Of a DNA stretch of 64,000 nucleotides, positions 1 through 21,224 are shown piece after piece. Location of the stretch: assembly GCF_009914755.1 (NCBI RefSeq), contig NC_060925.1; one strand, written 5' to 3'. The notes beneath the pieces are model-generated. The model was not told where the DNA came from. It saw only the letters and a program-made list of their open reading frames with translations, and ran no database searches. This DNA is from the human T2T-CHM13v2.0 reference genome, Homo sapiens. Each line of letters opens with the position of its first letter. Positions within the stretch are counted from its first letter, which is position 1. Made by a program: the position numbers and the translations under genes.

Positions 1-140
1 GAAGGGAATGAGAGAGAATGAGCTTCACCATCTTCCTTTCTATCTTGCCCAGGATTTAGCCACCTGAGTGGCTCAAGCTTTCTCAGAGTAAGCTCTTGCC
101 AGACTCCTTTCCAATGTGTTTCCTTTCTGACATGATTACT

Positions 141-262
141 ACTCTCTCTTCTTTCTCTCTCTCTCTCTCTACACACACAAAATAGATGCACACATATATG
201 TATGTGTGTGTGTAGCTATTTATATACTTATACATTTATTATGTATATGTATTTATATATAC
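141..262. repeat. Compound (TC)n/(CA)n/(TG)n/(TA)n microsatellite
   Basis: Directly visible dinucleotide runs. Confidence 0.85.
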
Positions 263-767
263 ATAATTGCCATTGTTTAGGAATGTTTTATTTTAATGCA
301 TTTATCAAACTCTTTAATGGCTTCTATGTTTTGAATATCAAGAAAGGCCTCCTCCCAAAATCCTCTCAGGCTTTCATCTAGAACTTTAACTTTTTCATTT
401 ATTTACATTAAACACTTCATACAGTTGGAATATATCATGGTCTAAGGAATTAGGTAGGAATACAGCTTGTTTTGTTCTTTTCCAAATAGGCAAACAGTTA
501 TCCAGTATTATCTCTTGAATACTTTATAATTTTTCACTATTGTAAAATGCTGCCTTATCATATATGAAGTCCTCTCTCTCTCTTCAGGTCTCTCTCTGGA
601 CTCCTCTATTCTACTGATCTTTCTATTACTTATGTCACATTGCTTTAATTACTATACTTTATAGCAGATTTAAATATCTGATAGGGCTATTTCTTCATTA
701 CTTCTTTATTGACTTGGTATTCTTTAATTTTCTACATGAATTTTGTAATCCGTGTCTTGTTCCATCA

Positions 768-1061
<294 letters not shown>

Positions 1062-1869
1062 GTGTATTTTTATTGGGATTGCATTGTATTTATAAAATAA
1101 ATTAAGGGAAATAAACACAACTATAGCAGTGAAAATTTAAAAAAAGTATGCATTGTTATTTATTCAACTCTTAAAAATATCTCTCTTTGGCTATTCATCA
1201 CATAATTCTTACACCTTTACGTTTATTCCTAATTTTTTTTTTTACTGTTGCTATTGTAAATAAAATCTTTACTACATTTTCCTAACTAGTTGTAAAGAAA
1301 GTCATTGTAGGAGAGCCATGATGTTTTTTATATTAATTTGTATCTAGCCAGCTTAATTATTTTTTAACTTTACAATTGAATATCAGTTGATGCCTTTGAG
1401 CCCCTACAGGTATACAATCATACCATCTAAAATAAATGACATTTTTTCTCTTGTTCTTTAATTTTTGTGACTTATTTCTTCTTTTTTTCTACTTACTTTG
1501 TTTAATTCTTAAAAAATTGTAGTAACTAATATTAAAGTTGTGGGATGCTTATCTTGTTCCTGATGTTAGTCAGAATATATAGTTTCCCCATTAGGCATGA
1601 TGCAATTTGAGTTTGAAGAAACATATTATATGTTGGAAATAATCTCTCATTCCAGTTTTACAAAGGTTTCTTTTGAATCACTAATAAATATTAAACTTTA
1701 TAATACTTTTTTTGGCATCTATAGTAATGATTAAATGGCTTATTTATTTTGACCTTTTAATTATATTAATTATAGCAGATGTCCTAATACTGAAAATCTT
1801 TCTTTGGGAAAACCCCTCTGAGTCATGGTGAAGTATTCTCCTAAGAAGTTGCTGTATTCTATTAACTGA

Positions 1870-2167
<298 letters not shown>

Positions 2168-2204
2168 AACTGATTTTTATATTAACATTGATACTTAGAT
2201 GTAA

Positions 2205-2980
<776 letters not shown>

Positions 2981-2985
2981 CTCCC

Positions 2986-3849
<864 letters not shown>

Positions 3850-4225
3850 CTCCCTGTGATATGGTTATTATTTCCTGCTTTTAACATATTGATTTCTTCT
3901 CTCTGCTTTCCTCATTTTTTCCTATTAGTCTTTTTCTACCTTGGATTGAGTGTTTACATTCATGTATTTGAAATTGATTTCTTTTTCTTGTGTTCCAAAG
4001 ATTTTTGTATGTAATATTTACATAATTTTTATTTTCTAAATTTTTGCAATTTTGATTTGAGAGTTTTTTTCTTATTTCTACATTTCTTTTTAGTGGGCCA
4101 GAATGTTTATGTTGTTTGTATTATTACTTATAAATTTTATTACATTTGGATTAGAGAATGTACAATAAACAGTTTGATAATTTATTGAACTTTATAATTT
4201 ATTGATTTTGTCTATTTTTCTAGCA

Positions 4226-5403
4226 TTTTATTATGAAAAAATTTAAACATACAGCAAAGATGACAGAATATTATAGAGAACACCATATACCCAGCCTCGA
4301 GATTCTACCATTAACATTTTACTATATGTGCTTTTTCACATATCAATCAATCTAGCCATACATCTATCTATACATTAATTCATCTTATTTTTTCATGCAT
4401 TTTAAAGTAAATTGTAAACATCAGTGCACTTTCCTCTAAATACTTCAGCATGTATATCATTAGCTAGTATTCAGTACTTATTCGGGTTTTTTTTTCCTTG
4501 TTTTGAGGTAAAATTTATATATACTAAAATACAAAAATCTTAAAATTATACATTAGCTAAAGTTTAAGAAATTCATATATTGGTGTACCGCACACCATAT
4601 TAAGATAGAAATGTTACCATCTCTCTTAGTCTGTTCCTGCTGCTATAACAAAATACCTTAGGCTGGGTAATTCATAAGCAGCAGAAATTTATTCCTCACA
4701 GTTCTGGAGGCTGGGAACTCCAAGATCAAGGTGCCAGCAGATTCATTGTCTGGTGAGGGTTGCTCTCAGCGCCGAAAATGGTGCTTTGTTGCTGTGTCCT
4801 CATGTGGCTAAAGCAAAAGTGCAAAACAAAGTCAAATAGCTCCCTCATGTCTCTGTTACAAGGTCATTATATCCGTTTTTGACTGCTTGCCCTTATGACT
4901 TAATCACCTCCTGAAGGCACTTAATCACTTCCTAAAGGTACCACCTTCTAATACTACCATCTCAGTAGTTAAGTTTTAACATATGAATTTTGGAGGGATC
5001 CATGTATTCAAGTCATAGTACTATCCCTTTAGAAAGTTCCCTCATGCCCTCTTCCCAGTCAATCTCCACCTCTCACCCTCAGAGACATACACTATTCTGA
5101 TACTTCTCCACCATAGTTTAGTTTGTCTGTTCTCTAAATGGAATCTAAGAGTATGTGCTTTTTTTGTGTGTGACATTTTTAGTCTGAGCATGTTTTGGAG
5201 ATTAATTCATGTTGTTGCATGTATCAGTAATTGCTTCCTTATTATGGGGAAGTATTCCATTGTAGGAATATGCCAAATTTCTTTATCTATTCTCCTATGA
5301 TGCACACCTGGATATTTTCAGTTTTGCTTTTTTATTAAGAATTTAGCTAGAAAACATTTTTATATAAATCTAGTTATGGACATATGTTTTCATTTCTCTT
5401 GGG
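4226..5403 (-). mobile_element. L1ME-type 3' end, split by a MaLR LTR
   Basis: ttttattatgaaaaaatttaaacatacag ... agaaagttccctcatgccctcttcccagtcaatc ... catatgttttcatttctcttggg. Confidence 0.8.
4622..5020 (-). mobile_element. MaLR solo LTR (MSTC/MSTD/MLT1A-like)
   Basis: cttagtctgttcctgctgctataacaaaatacc...tcacagttctggaggctgggaa; TSD ccatc/ctatc. Confidence 0.88.
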
Positions 5404-5518
5404 TTTTTGTCAGTTTTTACAAATACTCCATTATCATTTGTAAAAGTTGTATTTTGTATTTAGTTACATTAGATGGTGCCTATATATTTTTAGCCTATTT
5501 ATTATTAGTTAGAGTAAG

Positions 5519-5955
5519 TGTTATAGGTTGAATTATGTGCCTGCCCCTACCAAAAAAAAATGTTGAAATTATAACCCCTAGTGCCTATGTATACGACCTT
5601 ATTTGGGAATAGAGTTTTTGCAGATGATCAAGTTAAGAAGAGGTCACTATTGTGGGCCCTAATTCAGAATGACTATTTCCTTACAAAAAGGTAAAATTTA
5701 GAAGCAATGTAGACACAGAAAGAACACGCTGGAATTATGCTGCTATAAGCCAAGGAATACTAAAGATTTCTAGCAAACCACCACTAGCTAGGAGATAGAC
5801 ATGGAACAGGTTCTCCCTTCTAGCTATATGAAGGAATAAACCTATCGACATCTTTTTTGACTTTTAACCACCAGAATTGTGACATAATAAATTTCTCTTG
5901 TTTAAGCCACTCAGTTTGTCGTACTTTGTTACAGTAGCCCTAGCAAACTGATATA
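5519..5955 (+). mobile_element. MLT1B/MLT1C solo LTR
   Basis: tgttataggttgaattatgtgcc ... ctttgttacagtagccctagcaaactgatata; perfect TSD gtaag at 5514-5518 and 5956-5960. Confidence 0.9.
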
Positions 5956-6211
5956 GTAAGATAAGTGAAGTTTCCTCACATTGTTTTCTGCATATTCATC
6001 CTTGTATTACACTTGTTTTAATTTTGCTTTATACTTTTCAATACAGTTGTATTTCATTATAAATATTCACATTTAGTGGATCTTTATTTATACTTGGCTT
6101 CTATCATAAGAAACTTTTCTTTTTTAAAATTTAATGCTTTTTTTGTCTTGCATTCCATTTTGACTGAAAATATCTTTTTCTTTGCATTTGTCTATCGTGT
6201 CATTTCCTGTT

Positions 6212-6538
<327 letters not shown>

Positions 6539-6639
6539 TCTGTTCTCCCATTATTAGTCTTTCTTAATTGCTTTGTTTTATATGTGTTTTACATATTGAA
6601 AATAGATAGGTTTTGTTTCTGTGATCTAACAGAGGTTAT

Positions 6640-6683
6640 ACATCTTTTACTTAACTTTTTAACATCTTTTACTTAACTTTTTA
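6640..6683. repeat. Perfect 22-bp tandem duplication (acatcttttacttaacttttta x2)
   Basis: Direct inspection. Confidence 0.95.
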
Positions 6684-7179
6684 ACAAATGCACTTGGCTC
6701 TGAGAAATTTTGAAATTCATTTTCATGGTTTCCAAAATGCTTTTGATTTCACATGACATTTTACAATTGAGTGATTCTAAGATCATGTGTGTGTGTTAGC
6801 AGTACCTGGTGACAACAATTAATTACCTACTCTGAGAAATATAATCAGGAAGCATGGCTTTATTATCTATTTGGTGCCTCCCAGGACCAAAAAATTCCTT
6901 TGTTTACAAAGGTTTCACATGCCTGGTTAGCCATAAAATGTTTTGGCAGTTAAATATATGTATATAAATATTTAAAATAATAAAATGCAAGAGGCACATA
7001 TAATGGAGTAAAACAATACAACAGGTTTGGCCACGTTTTTAGACCTCATGATACTTAACCTCTGGGCAGCACAAGTTGAGATCGATCTTTTCCTCTTTTA
7101 AACTACCTTTTCCCTTCACTTTTTGACATAACCCTCCATGGCTTTTCTCTTTCTTCTCTGAGCATTTGTTACCACTCAT

Positions 7180-8516
<1,337 letters not shown>

Positions 8517-9339
8517 AATGACCATGAGTTCTACTCATGTAGATATTAGACTATCATACTGAAGCCTAATATTACAAATATGTCATCATAACAGTTAAAC
8601 TTTCTACAAAATAATGGATATTCTGAAAACATGAATTATATGTAAATTTACAACTACGTATTTTTAGTTACTGTGTGGATGAGCTTTCTTTGCACATAAA
8701 ATATGATTTCATTGAAAGGGAGTTAAATTATAGAATCTCCTACTTGAAGATGACATCCATAGTAAGTACTATTAGGAGAGATGATTCATTGTAGTCAAAT
8801 GATCTATATTCAGAAGTCCAGTCTTGAGAAATAAGTAAACAACCATGGTCTTTGAAAAGAAAATCTAACTATTTACACAATGCTGTGTATTTCCATTCTA
8901 TTCATCTCATGTGGCATTAATCAGAATCAACAATTTTATGGTTCAGAAGTACGTCATTGCCATAATCACATTAACTTTGAAGCCAGCTTCAATGACAACA
9001 TATGTCATAGTTGCAGCAAACATGAATATGCAGAAACATAAAGTGTGCAGTGAAAAGATTTAGGGAGATTTATGTTCTAATTCTGGCTCCATCATTTTTA
9101 ATTTCTTCAAGTGTCAGTCTTGTTTTCTTTAACTTGGGAAAAATAATTTCTATCTTGTAGTGTCGTGTTATTAAGTTGTAATCAAGTGCTTGGCCTGGTT
9201 TCTTTCTTATAGACCCAGTTTAGAGAAACCAGCATTTTCAAAGCTCCACAGGCGGTTCTGCTGATTCACCAAACGTTTTCTCCTCTGCTGGGGCATTTCA
9301 CTCCTTTTATAACTCCCATTAATGAGTGTCCCTGAGGAG

Positions 9340-9500
9340 CCAGGTATTTTACTTTTATTACTCACAATAATTTTGTAAAGTTTTTGTGGTACACGGAAGT
9401 TAAATAATTTGTCTAAGTTCCCAGAGTGAGTCAGTTCAGGAGAGAGGGAAAGAATCAAGTGTTGATAGACCTCAAAGCTCATTTTCTTTACTATTCTATG
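9340..9500 (-). mobile_element. MIR fragment
   Basis: gaagttaaataatttgtctaagttcccagag antisense MIR core. Confidence 0.55.
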
Positions 9501-9639
9501 TAGCAACATCAACCCAATAATTGAAAAACTTATTTTTGGCAACTTGCTCAAGTTTTGTACCACATGTAGTTTCTAGGATAATATCTAAGAACCTGTCTGA
9601 TCCTGGCAGTAGAGAACATGGGGCTTTCTTTATGGATAA

Positions 9640-9830
9640 GTAGCACCAGATTCTGGGTGAAAGACCAGGAATGAGCCTCACTCTTGACACTAGCTTTGCA
9701 GCTTTGGGCAAATCTATGAATTTGTCTGAGTCTTAGCTCACTCAGTTGAAAAACATAGATAACACATGATTTTACAGGAATGCTCTCATGAGGTTTATAG
9801 TGATAATGAGAGACTGTAATATGAAATGCT
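9640..9830 (+). mobile_element. MIR fragment
   Basis: ctttgggcaaatctatgaatttgtctgagtcttag MIR core. Confidence 0.6.
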
Positions 9831-10796
9831 ACATCTACATAAGTTGATATTATATGGCTCTGTAAATCATGGAAATCTATATATGGCTACCTCTCATTCA
9901 TTTCATTTGGTAAATAAGGAGTAAAGCATTACCGTTAAGGTAAATTATAAATACAAAGTAATATGGCTCCTGATTTATGTTTTCATTTATTCAGGCATTA
10001 TTCTAGTACAATAAAAGAAACGTGTGTGTGTGTGTGCACACGCTTTAATTAGCTGTCAGGCAGTTTTAACATTCTCTCACCAGTAAGCATTTCCTAGGGC
10101 TTTAGAAATAGGCTGGTTAAATAAGTCTTTAAGTATACTTTTACTAACCATCATGTGTCATTCTTTTTAGACAACTAAATACAAACTAAGATATTAGGAT
10201 GTCCAGAGGTCTTCCTTAAACTTAAAATTTCGGTTGTGTGCTAAAATAATGAGACATAGATGCATACTTTCTGGAAACATTAATTGCCCCTGAGATAGAG
10301 AGAAACCACATCCTTCCTAGATAAGGAATGGGGAAGGAAGTGAGCTGGGAAGGAGTGGATACTAGACATTTTGCGTTAGCCAGTAACAAAATTTAATACT
10401 AAATTTATGAGGAATTGAGGGAGGGGAATTCTTGATTAAAATTGCCAGCTTTCTTGACTTGTTAGATTAAAATACCAGAGTTTAGCAATCACAGATGGTT
10501 TAGATTTTTCAGAAGCTTCTTAAAGGTTTGAGGAGAGAGATCACCTGGTCATTTTAGGCTGTATTTAATATTTAAAGTGTATAGTCTTGTCTCTATGTTA
10601 AATTAGTATTGCATTTTTAAAAATTGATGGATATAAGCAACAGAGAGAATCAAAGTTTTGAGTTCTCTATAAAAAAGTTGTTTTTCCGATCAGTTGCTAC
10701 CATCCCCAAGAATCCAGATGCTTTATGGGAAAATTTAGAGCTGTTGAAATTTTTTGAGAAATTTCCTTTAAGTTCTCAATCTACTTACAAAGTCTA

Positions 10797-10946
<150 letters not shown>

Positions 10947-11309
10947 TATTTGAAATATGATTTTTAAGATTTATCTAACTCAGCTGATAGGCACCAAATT
11001 TCCTATGACTTAGTTTGTCCTCCCTTGAGAACTCAATGCAGTAAACCAGCTGGAATTCCCCAGCCCCCGACCACAGCTCAACGGCCTGAATCTGGTTATT
11101 TTAATAAAATTTTTATCTAAAGATAAAATTATATGTAAAAATATAGTTTTATATCAGAAATGATGACAGAGAAGAGACTGGTAAAGGAATGAAGGAAAAT
11201 ATCTTACATATACTGAAATGCTGATTGTTAAAGGATATAATATTGAATAGTAAAGCTGAATAAGGACATTTTCCCTGTTGTGACTTAAGTTTACATTAAA
11301 AGATTATGG

Positions 11310-11641
<332 letters not shown>

Positions 11642-12171
11642 TTATTAGACTTTCATTAGCTTCACTATGCAATATTTATCAAATGCTCACCACTCTAGAT
11701 CCTAACTTCTTAGACTATTCAATGTCTAAGAAAATACATCTTCCTTGCAATTTCTTACATGATATTAATAAAATTAATTTAAACAAGCATTTCCATTGTG
11801 TCTGAGGATTAGCGTGAGTTTTATTGTGGTATATGTCAACTATGGGGTAGGGAGACACTGTGCTTCTCCTAGAAGCACTGATATAAAATTCAATTTTTAG
11901 ACATGGTATGGTGTCCAAAGTGTAATGCATCAAAACACAGCTTTTTCAGGAAAACAGCAACACATTTTTGAAACACTCTAGCCCAGGTTTTTATGGATGG
12001 GGAGTGGATAGTAAGGGAGAACTCAAAGGAATGCTATGTTTGAAAACCCTGGCTGCCTAGCGATTTATTGAATAATCAGAAAGCAAAAAATAAGTCTTTA
12101 ATTCAACAAGTGGGCAATCTCTCAGCGTCCCAATACTCTGAGGAGAGAAGTGATATAGTGATATAGTTCAG

Positions 12172-12535
12172 TGATATAGTTTGAATATATGTCCCCACCA
12201 AATCTCATGTTGAATTTTAATCCCCAATGTTGGAGGTGAGGCATGGTGGGAAGTGTTTGGGTCATGGGGCCAGATCCTTCATGTCATGGAGCTGTCCTCC
12301 TGATAGTGAGTTTTCGGGAGATCTCATGGTTCATATGTGTGTGGCACCTCCCCCACCTCTTGCTCTCTCTCTTGCCTCGGAAGACACTGGCTCCCACTTT
12401 GCCTTCTGCTGTGAGTAAAAGCTCCCTGAGGTCTCCCAGAAGCCAAGCAGTTGCTGGCACCATGCATGTACAGCCTACAGTACCATGAGCCAATTATACC
12501 TCTCTTCTTTATAAATTACCCAGTCTCAGGTATTT
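12172..12535 (+). mobile_element. MSTB-like MaLR LTR, 3' end truncated
   Basis: tgatatagtttgaatatatgtccccaccaaatctcatgttgaa ... ataaattacccagtctcaggtattt. Confidence 0.88.
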
Positions 12536-13170
12536 ATCCATGTTTAGTTAAAAAAAACTTGGGGGACAAGGTTAGGAGTAGATTACATTTAGAATGGATT
12601 AGTGCCAAATACAACCATATGTTGTAATTGTTTAACATTTTCCTGGCTTTAAATCTTGGCTCCACCAGGTCACGAGTTGGTCACTTTGGACAAGTAGCTT
12701 CTCCTTTTTTAGCCTTAGTTTACTCATTTAAATTCTTCACCATAATCTTATGAAATAATTAACTGTCAATTTATAATTCCTTTTTATTTTTGTTTTTGCA
12801 AAATGAGCCTTCTTATAAAGTAATGTTTTTAGTATTAAATGTGATGATGCATGAAAAATACCTGATGCATAATAGGAAGTCCAAGGATGGAAATACATGT
12901 TCTTTGTTCTCAAATACTATTTGACTTAGTCGGTTTGGTACTGAGGAGTAAAGAATGGGAGGAAGTAGCATGTTCCATATTCTGAAGCCAGAATCTTTAA
13001 GACCAGTGTAGGTAAATGCGTGAAATAGAAACTTCAAGAGACACTCCGAAGCAAAAAGTTTTGCTCTGGTGAAATGTTATAGTAATTTGTATATCATCTC
13101 TTTAAGCTCCAATTTCCATACAACCCTGATTCTTGCCTTCATTTGTACTCATGTTTGTTTTATTTTCCCA

Positions 13171-13383
13171 TAGCTATGGTCTAAATGTTTATGTTCCCCT
13201 GCTCCAAATTCATAAGTTGAAATCAGATTTCCAATGTGATAGTATTTGGAGTTGGGGTCTTTGGCAGGTGATTAGGTCATGAGGCAGAGCCCTCATGATT
13301 GGGATTAATGCCCTTATTAAAGAAGCTCAAGAGATCCCCTTGACCTTCCACCATGTGAAGGAATAGCAAGAAGGTGTCATCTA
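13171..13383 (+). mobile_element. MLT1A/MSTD-like LTR, 5' half
   Basis: gctatggtctaaatgtttatgttcccc...gattaggtcatgaggcagagccctcatgattgggattaatgccc. Confidence 0.8.
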
Positions 13384-13674
13384 AACCATTACAAAACCAC
13401 AGCGTGTCAGATACTCTTCTAAGTGTTGGGGCTATATAAATGTAATGGTGGATTTGAAGTAGTTTCAGAACTTCTGGAACAGGATGAATGACCCTTAGTG
13501 AAAAGTTGCAAATTCAGGGCAGGAGTTTTGGGTGGGGTAGGGATTGGAGTTGCAGGAAACAGATTTGAGCATACAAAAGTGAGAGCAGCTTTGGCTAACA
13601 TATATGTGAGAGCAGATTCACTAAGGGACACAGGCAAAATCAAGCCTCTGAGCCATTTGTGTCTTACTCAAAAT

Positions 13675-13915
13675 TCAAATGATAGCAAAAGATTAATATC
13701 CACAATATATAACAATTCCTAAATATAACCAAGATCGATAACTCAATAAACATACAGGCAAAATAAATAGACATTTCACAAAAGAAATACAAATGGCCCA
13801 TATATACGTGAAAGAAAATGCTCTAACTCTTTAGTTATCAGGTATATGCAAATTACAAACCCAATGCCATACCATTTTACAGTCATCAGATTGTCAAAAA
13901 GTCAATGCCTTGAGA
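13675..13915 (+). mobile_element. Old L1M ORF2 3' fragment
   Basis: gattaatatccacaatatataac...aatagacatttcacaaaagaaatacaaatggcc. Confidence 0.7.
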
Positions 13916-15119
13916 GCAAAAATGTAGAACTAATCTGTTTGGAATTATAGAATCTGAGTCTGTAATTTGATTTCAATAAAAGCCACTAAAATATTGAAAT
14001 AAATAATTTTGAAAACATACTGTTTGAAATAAACAGTTTTGAAAACATGCTGTTCTTACATGCTATTCACTACACTTTTTGCCACTAGAGCAAGATCTAT
14101 TTCTGTTTTGTTTTGTTTTATGTTTGTTTTTGCTGTTTTATCCTTAGCCTTTGGTACAATCCGTACACATAGTGAGTGCTCAATAAATCTTCATTGAATG
14201 TGTAATTCACAAATATTAGCTTCAAATGAAAGAAGCTCAACTTTACACATTTTGAATGGTAATGTGGTACCTCTGCGAAGAGGTTTTTCAACTAATCTGT
14301 ATTTTTCCTTTCTTATTTGAACATAGGGAGAACATGGAAAGTGGAAAATTCCAAATCTTAGGAAATGGATTTTTAAAAAAATCATTTGATTAATAAAATT
14401 GCATGCTTTTAATAATCTCAGTCAAAAATTTATTGTTATACCGACATGTTCTAGAAGTTCTTAATAACAGTTTATGGATTAAGACAAACTTTAATAACAG
14501 ATTGTGGAAAGCAAATGGTTTCAATGTAGTTCTGTGTAATTGCCCACATATGATGTTTTGATTTTTTCATTCTGGTATAGTACATGCAGCAGTGAATTGT
14601 ATCTCACTTACATGCCCCTGTCACAAATTTCTGTGTAACTTCATTTACTTAACTTCTCTGGATCTTTGTTTTCTCAAACACAAGATGATGTTGGGCTGGT
14701 GGAAAAAAACTTGTCTATTGTATACTTATTGTATAAAATGAATTTAGTTGAGTTTTTTTTTGAGGCCCTTAAGACAGTATTGCAATAATTAAAGGTGTTT
14801 CTAATAATAATTTAGACAGAATTCTATCATTAAAGCACCCCATCCCTTCTAAGCATCAGTCCTCTGAGTTTCTATTCATTTTAAATCACCTTTTTGGGCC
14901 CCTGAGGAAAATTTGGGCCATTTAGGCCTCCAGACATTTGTAAGTGTTGCCTCTCCTCTTACGTTAAAAAATTCTGCAATAAACGTTTTATTGAAGTCAA
15001 AATGTAAATTTCCAGTTTATTCATTGGTCTATGATACATCTCTGATAGTTTTATTTGACATTATCCAACTTTCTTTCCTGCTGCCCCCACCTAACCCAAA
15101 TTTATGTGTCCTTTAAAAT

Positions 15120-15355
15120 TTGACTCATATGTCACATTCTGCTAGAATACTTATCCCATTTTGCTTTCTGCTCTTATTTCTCCACTGACATTCTTTCATG
15201 TGACTTTATTTTTGTGACCTGACCTGTCAGCAATCATTGAATTGAAAACTTCATAAGGGCAGATGTCATACCTTGTTCACTGTTCAATTCCCATATCAAA
15301 TGCATTCTGACACATAATGAGCACTCAACAACGTTGAACGGTTAAATTAATGAAA
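15120..15355 (+). mobile_element. L2 3' tail
   Basis: cttcataagggcag...cttgttcactg...gcactcaac tail motif. Confidence 0.55.
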
Positions 15356-15776
15356 GAAACAGGCAAACTGAGTCTTTGTTGTTTAAAGAGACTTTTCTTT
15401 GGTACTCTTCTCTTTCCAAATACTGACCGAATGTGCCCTTTATTTCTTCTAGGCCCTATAATTTGTACCTATTGGAAAGAGAACTATGCTAAAATTAAAA
15501 GGTAAAATTTATGTTCCAGCCCAAGGTATTTATGGAATGAATGAATGAATGAAACAACCAGCCAAACCTTTCTCTAAATGCTATGACACTTTTTAATTTC
15601 TTATGTCATCTGTTCGTGTTTTATTACTGAATTACAAGCAAATGATGTTGGATGAACGTGGTCTATTCTGAATACAATGTGGATTGTGAATTTGTTTTGG
15701 TAGCTAACTAGTGTTAATGAGCACTCCAACCTCTAGGGGGAGCTCATGGAAACATAACCCTCTTCTAGGTCTGGGC

Positions 15777-16677
15777 TTTTTTTTTTTTTTCTGAGAAAAA
15801 AATGTTTAATTGATAGCATGGAAGTAAAACATTGTGTGATTAAACTGGCAACAACAACAAAGGTGAAGTACAAAATGAAGTGAATTGTAAGTGTAAGAAG
15901 TGTAGCAAGGGTACAAAATTAGACATTTGGGAAAGGGAAATATCAAATTCCCAAATTTTTCCATTTAATTTAGCATCTGGTTGAAGTCGTTGTAGCTAAA
16001 TGTTTAAATATGGTTAGCACATTTCAAGACAGGAAAAGGAACAGCTTGATTGGAATGGGACATATCCCAAAGGCTGAAAATCATCTAGTAACAGGCTGGA
16101 GTTTGGGTTATAGCTTTATTACTAACCAAAATATTAATTCTAGTTGGAAGTTTAAACTCCAATAAGACACAAGCCTGAATCTACTATGGTTGCTTCTGGC
16201 CCTAAATTCTTGTTCTAGTCATCATTTTTGGTTTAAGAGAGTGACTGTCATTGTCATGCTAAGGTGAAAAAGAACATTCGAGTATATTGCGGTGTAGCAA
16301 GAAGAGCATATAAAACCACTATTCTAACATCATTTTAACTACTACCTTGCCAGATGAACTTTGGGAAGTCTGCCTGATTTTTCTGAGCTCCTCTTTTTTT
16401 TTTTTTTTAAATAAAATGAAAGTAATATTCCCGCTTTCCTGCTTAATTCAAAAAATCATTATGGTATAAAATGAGCTAATGGAATGTGAACACCCCAACT
16501 ATAAGCTGTTCAATAAATGAAAGGTATTAATCTTTTCCAGGCCAACCACACTTTTAACAAAACATGGAGAGACTTCCCTGATGGAGCGGTACAAACTGAA
16601 GATTCATTGTGTACTAATTAATGGGCTGGCTAAAAGAGTGAGAGTTCCAGTTTATATGATTATTTCCTTTTTAAAAA
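15777..16677 (-). other. 3'-transduced genomic DNA carried by the adjacent L1PA7 (includes the distal poly(A) and a MIR fragment at ~16350-16520)
   Basis: Poly-T 15777-15790; minus-strand ATTAAA at 15805-15810; TSD ggtctggg(g)ctttt at 15768-15780 and 23791-23804. Confidence 0.8.
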
Positions 16678-16889
16678 TTTTTTTTATTGTACTTTAAGTT
16701 CTGGGATACGTGTGCAGAACATACAGGTTTGTTACACAGGTATACACATGCCATGGTGGTTCGCTGCACCCATCAACCCGTCATCTACATTAGGTATGTC
16801 TCCTAATGCTATCCCTCCCCTATTTCCCCACCCTCCAACAGGCCCTGGTGTGTGAAGTTCCCCTCTCTGTGTCCATGTGTTCTCATTTT

Positions 16890-21161
<4,272 letters not shown>

Positions 21162-21224
21162 TATGATGCTTGCTGGTTATTTTGGCTGTTATTTGATGCA
21201 GTTTCTTCATAGCATCAATGGTCT

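Noticed and set aside
14292-14397. Branch point, pyrimidine tract and tag| followed by AATAAA, as a terminal exon
   Set aside because: Such motifs are common in AT-rich DNA; the peptides are unrecognisable and there is no upstream partner exon
16394-16408. Poly-T inside the transduced segment as a second, serial transduction tail
   Set aside because: It sits within a MIR-like sequence that continues on both sides and has no appropriately placed poly(A) signal
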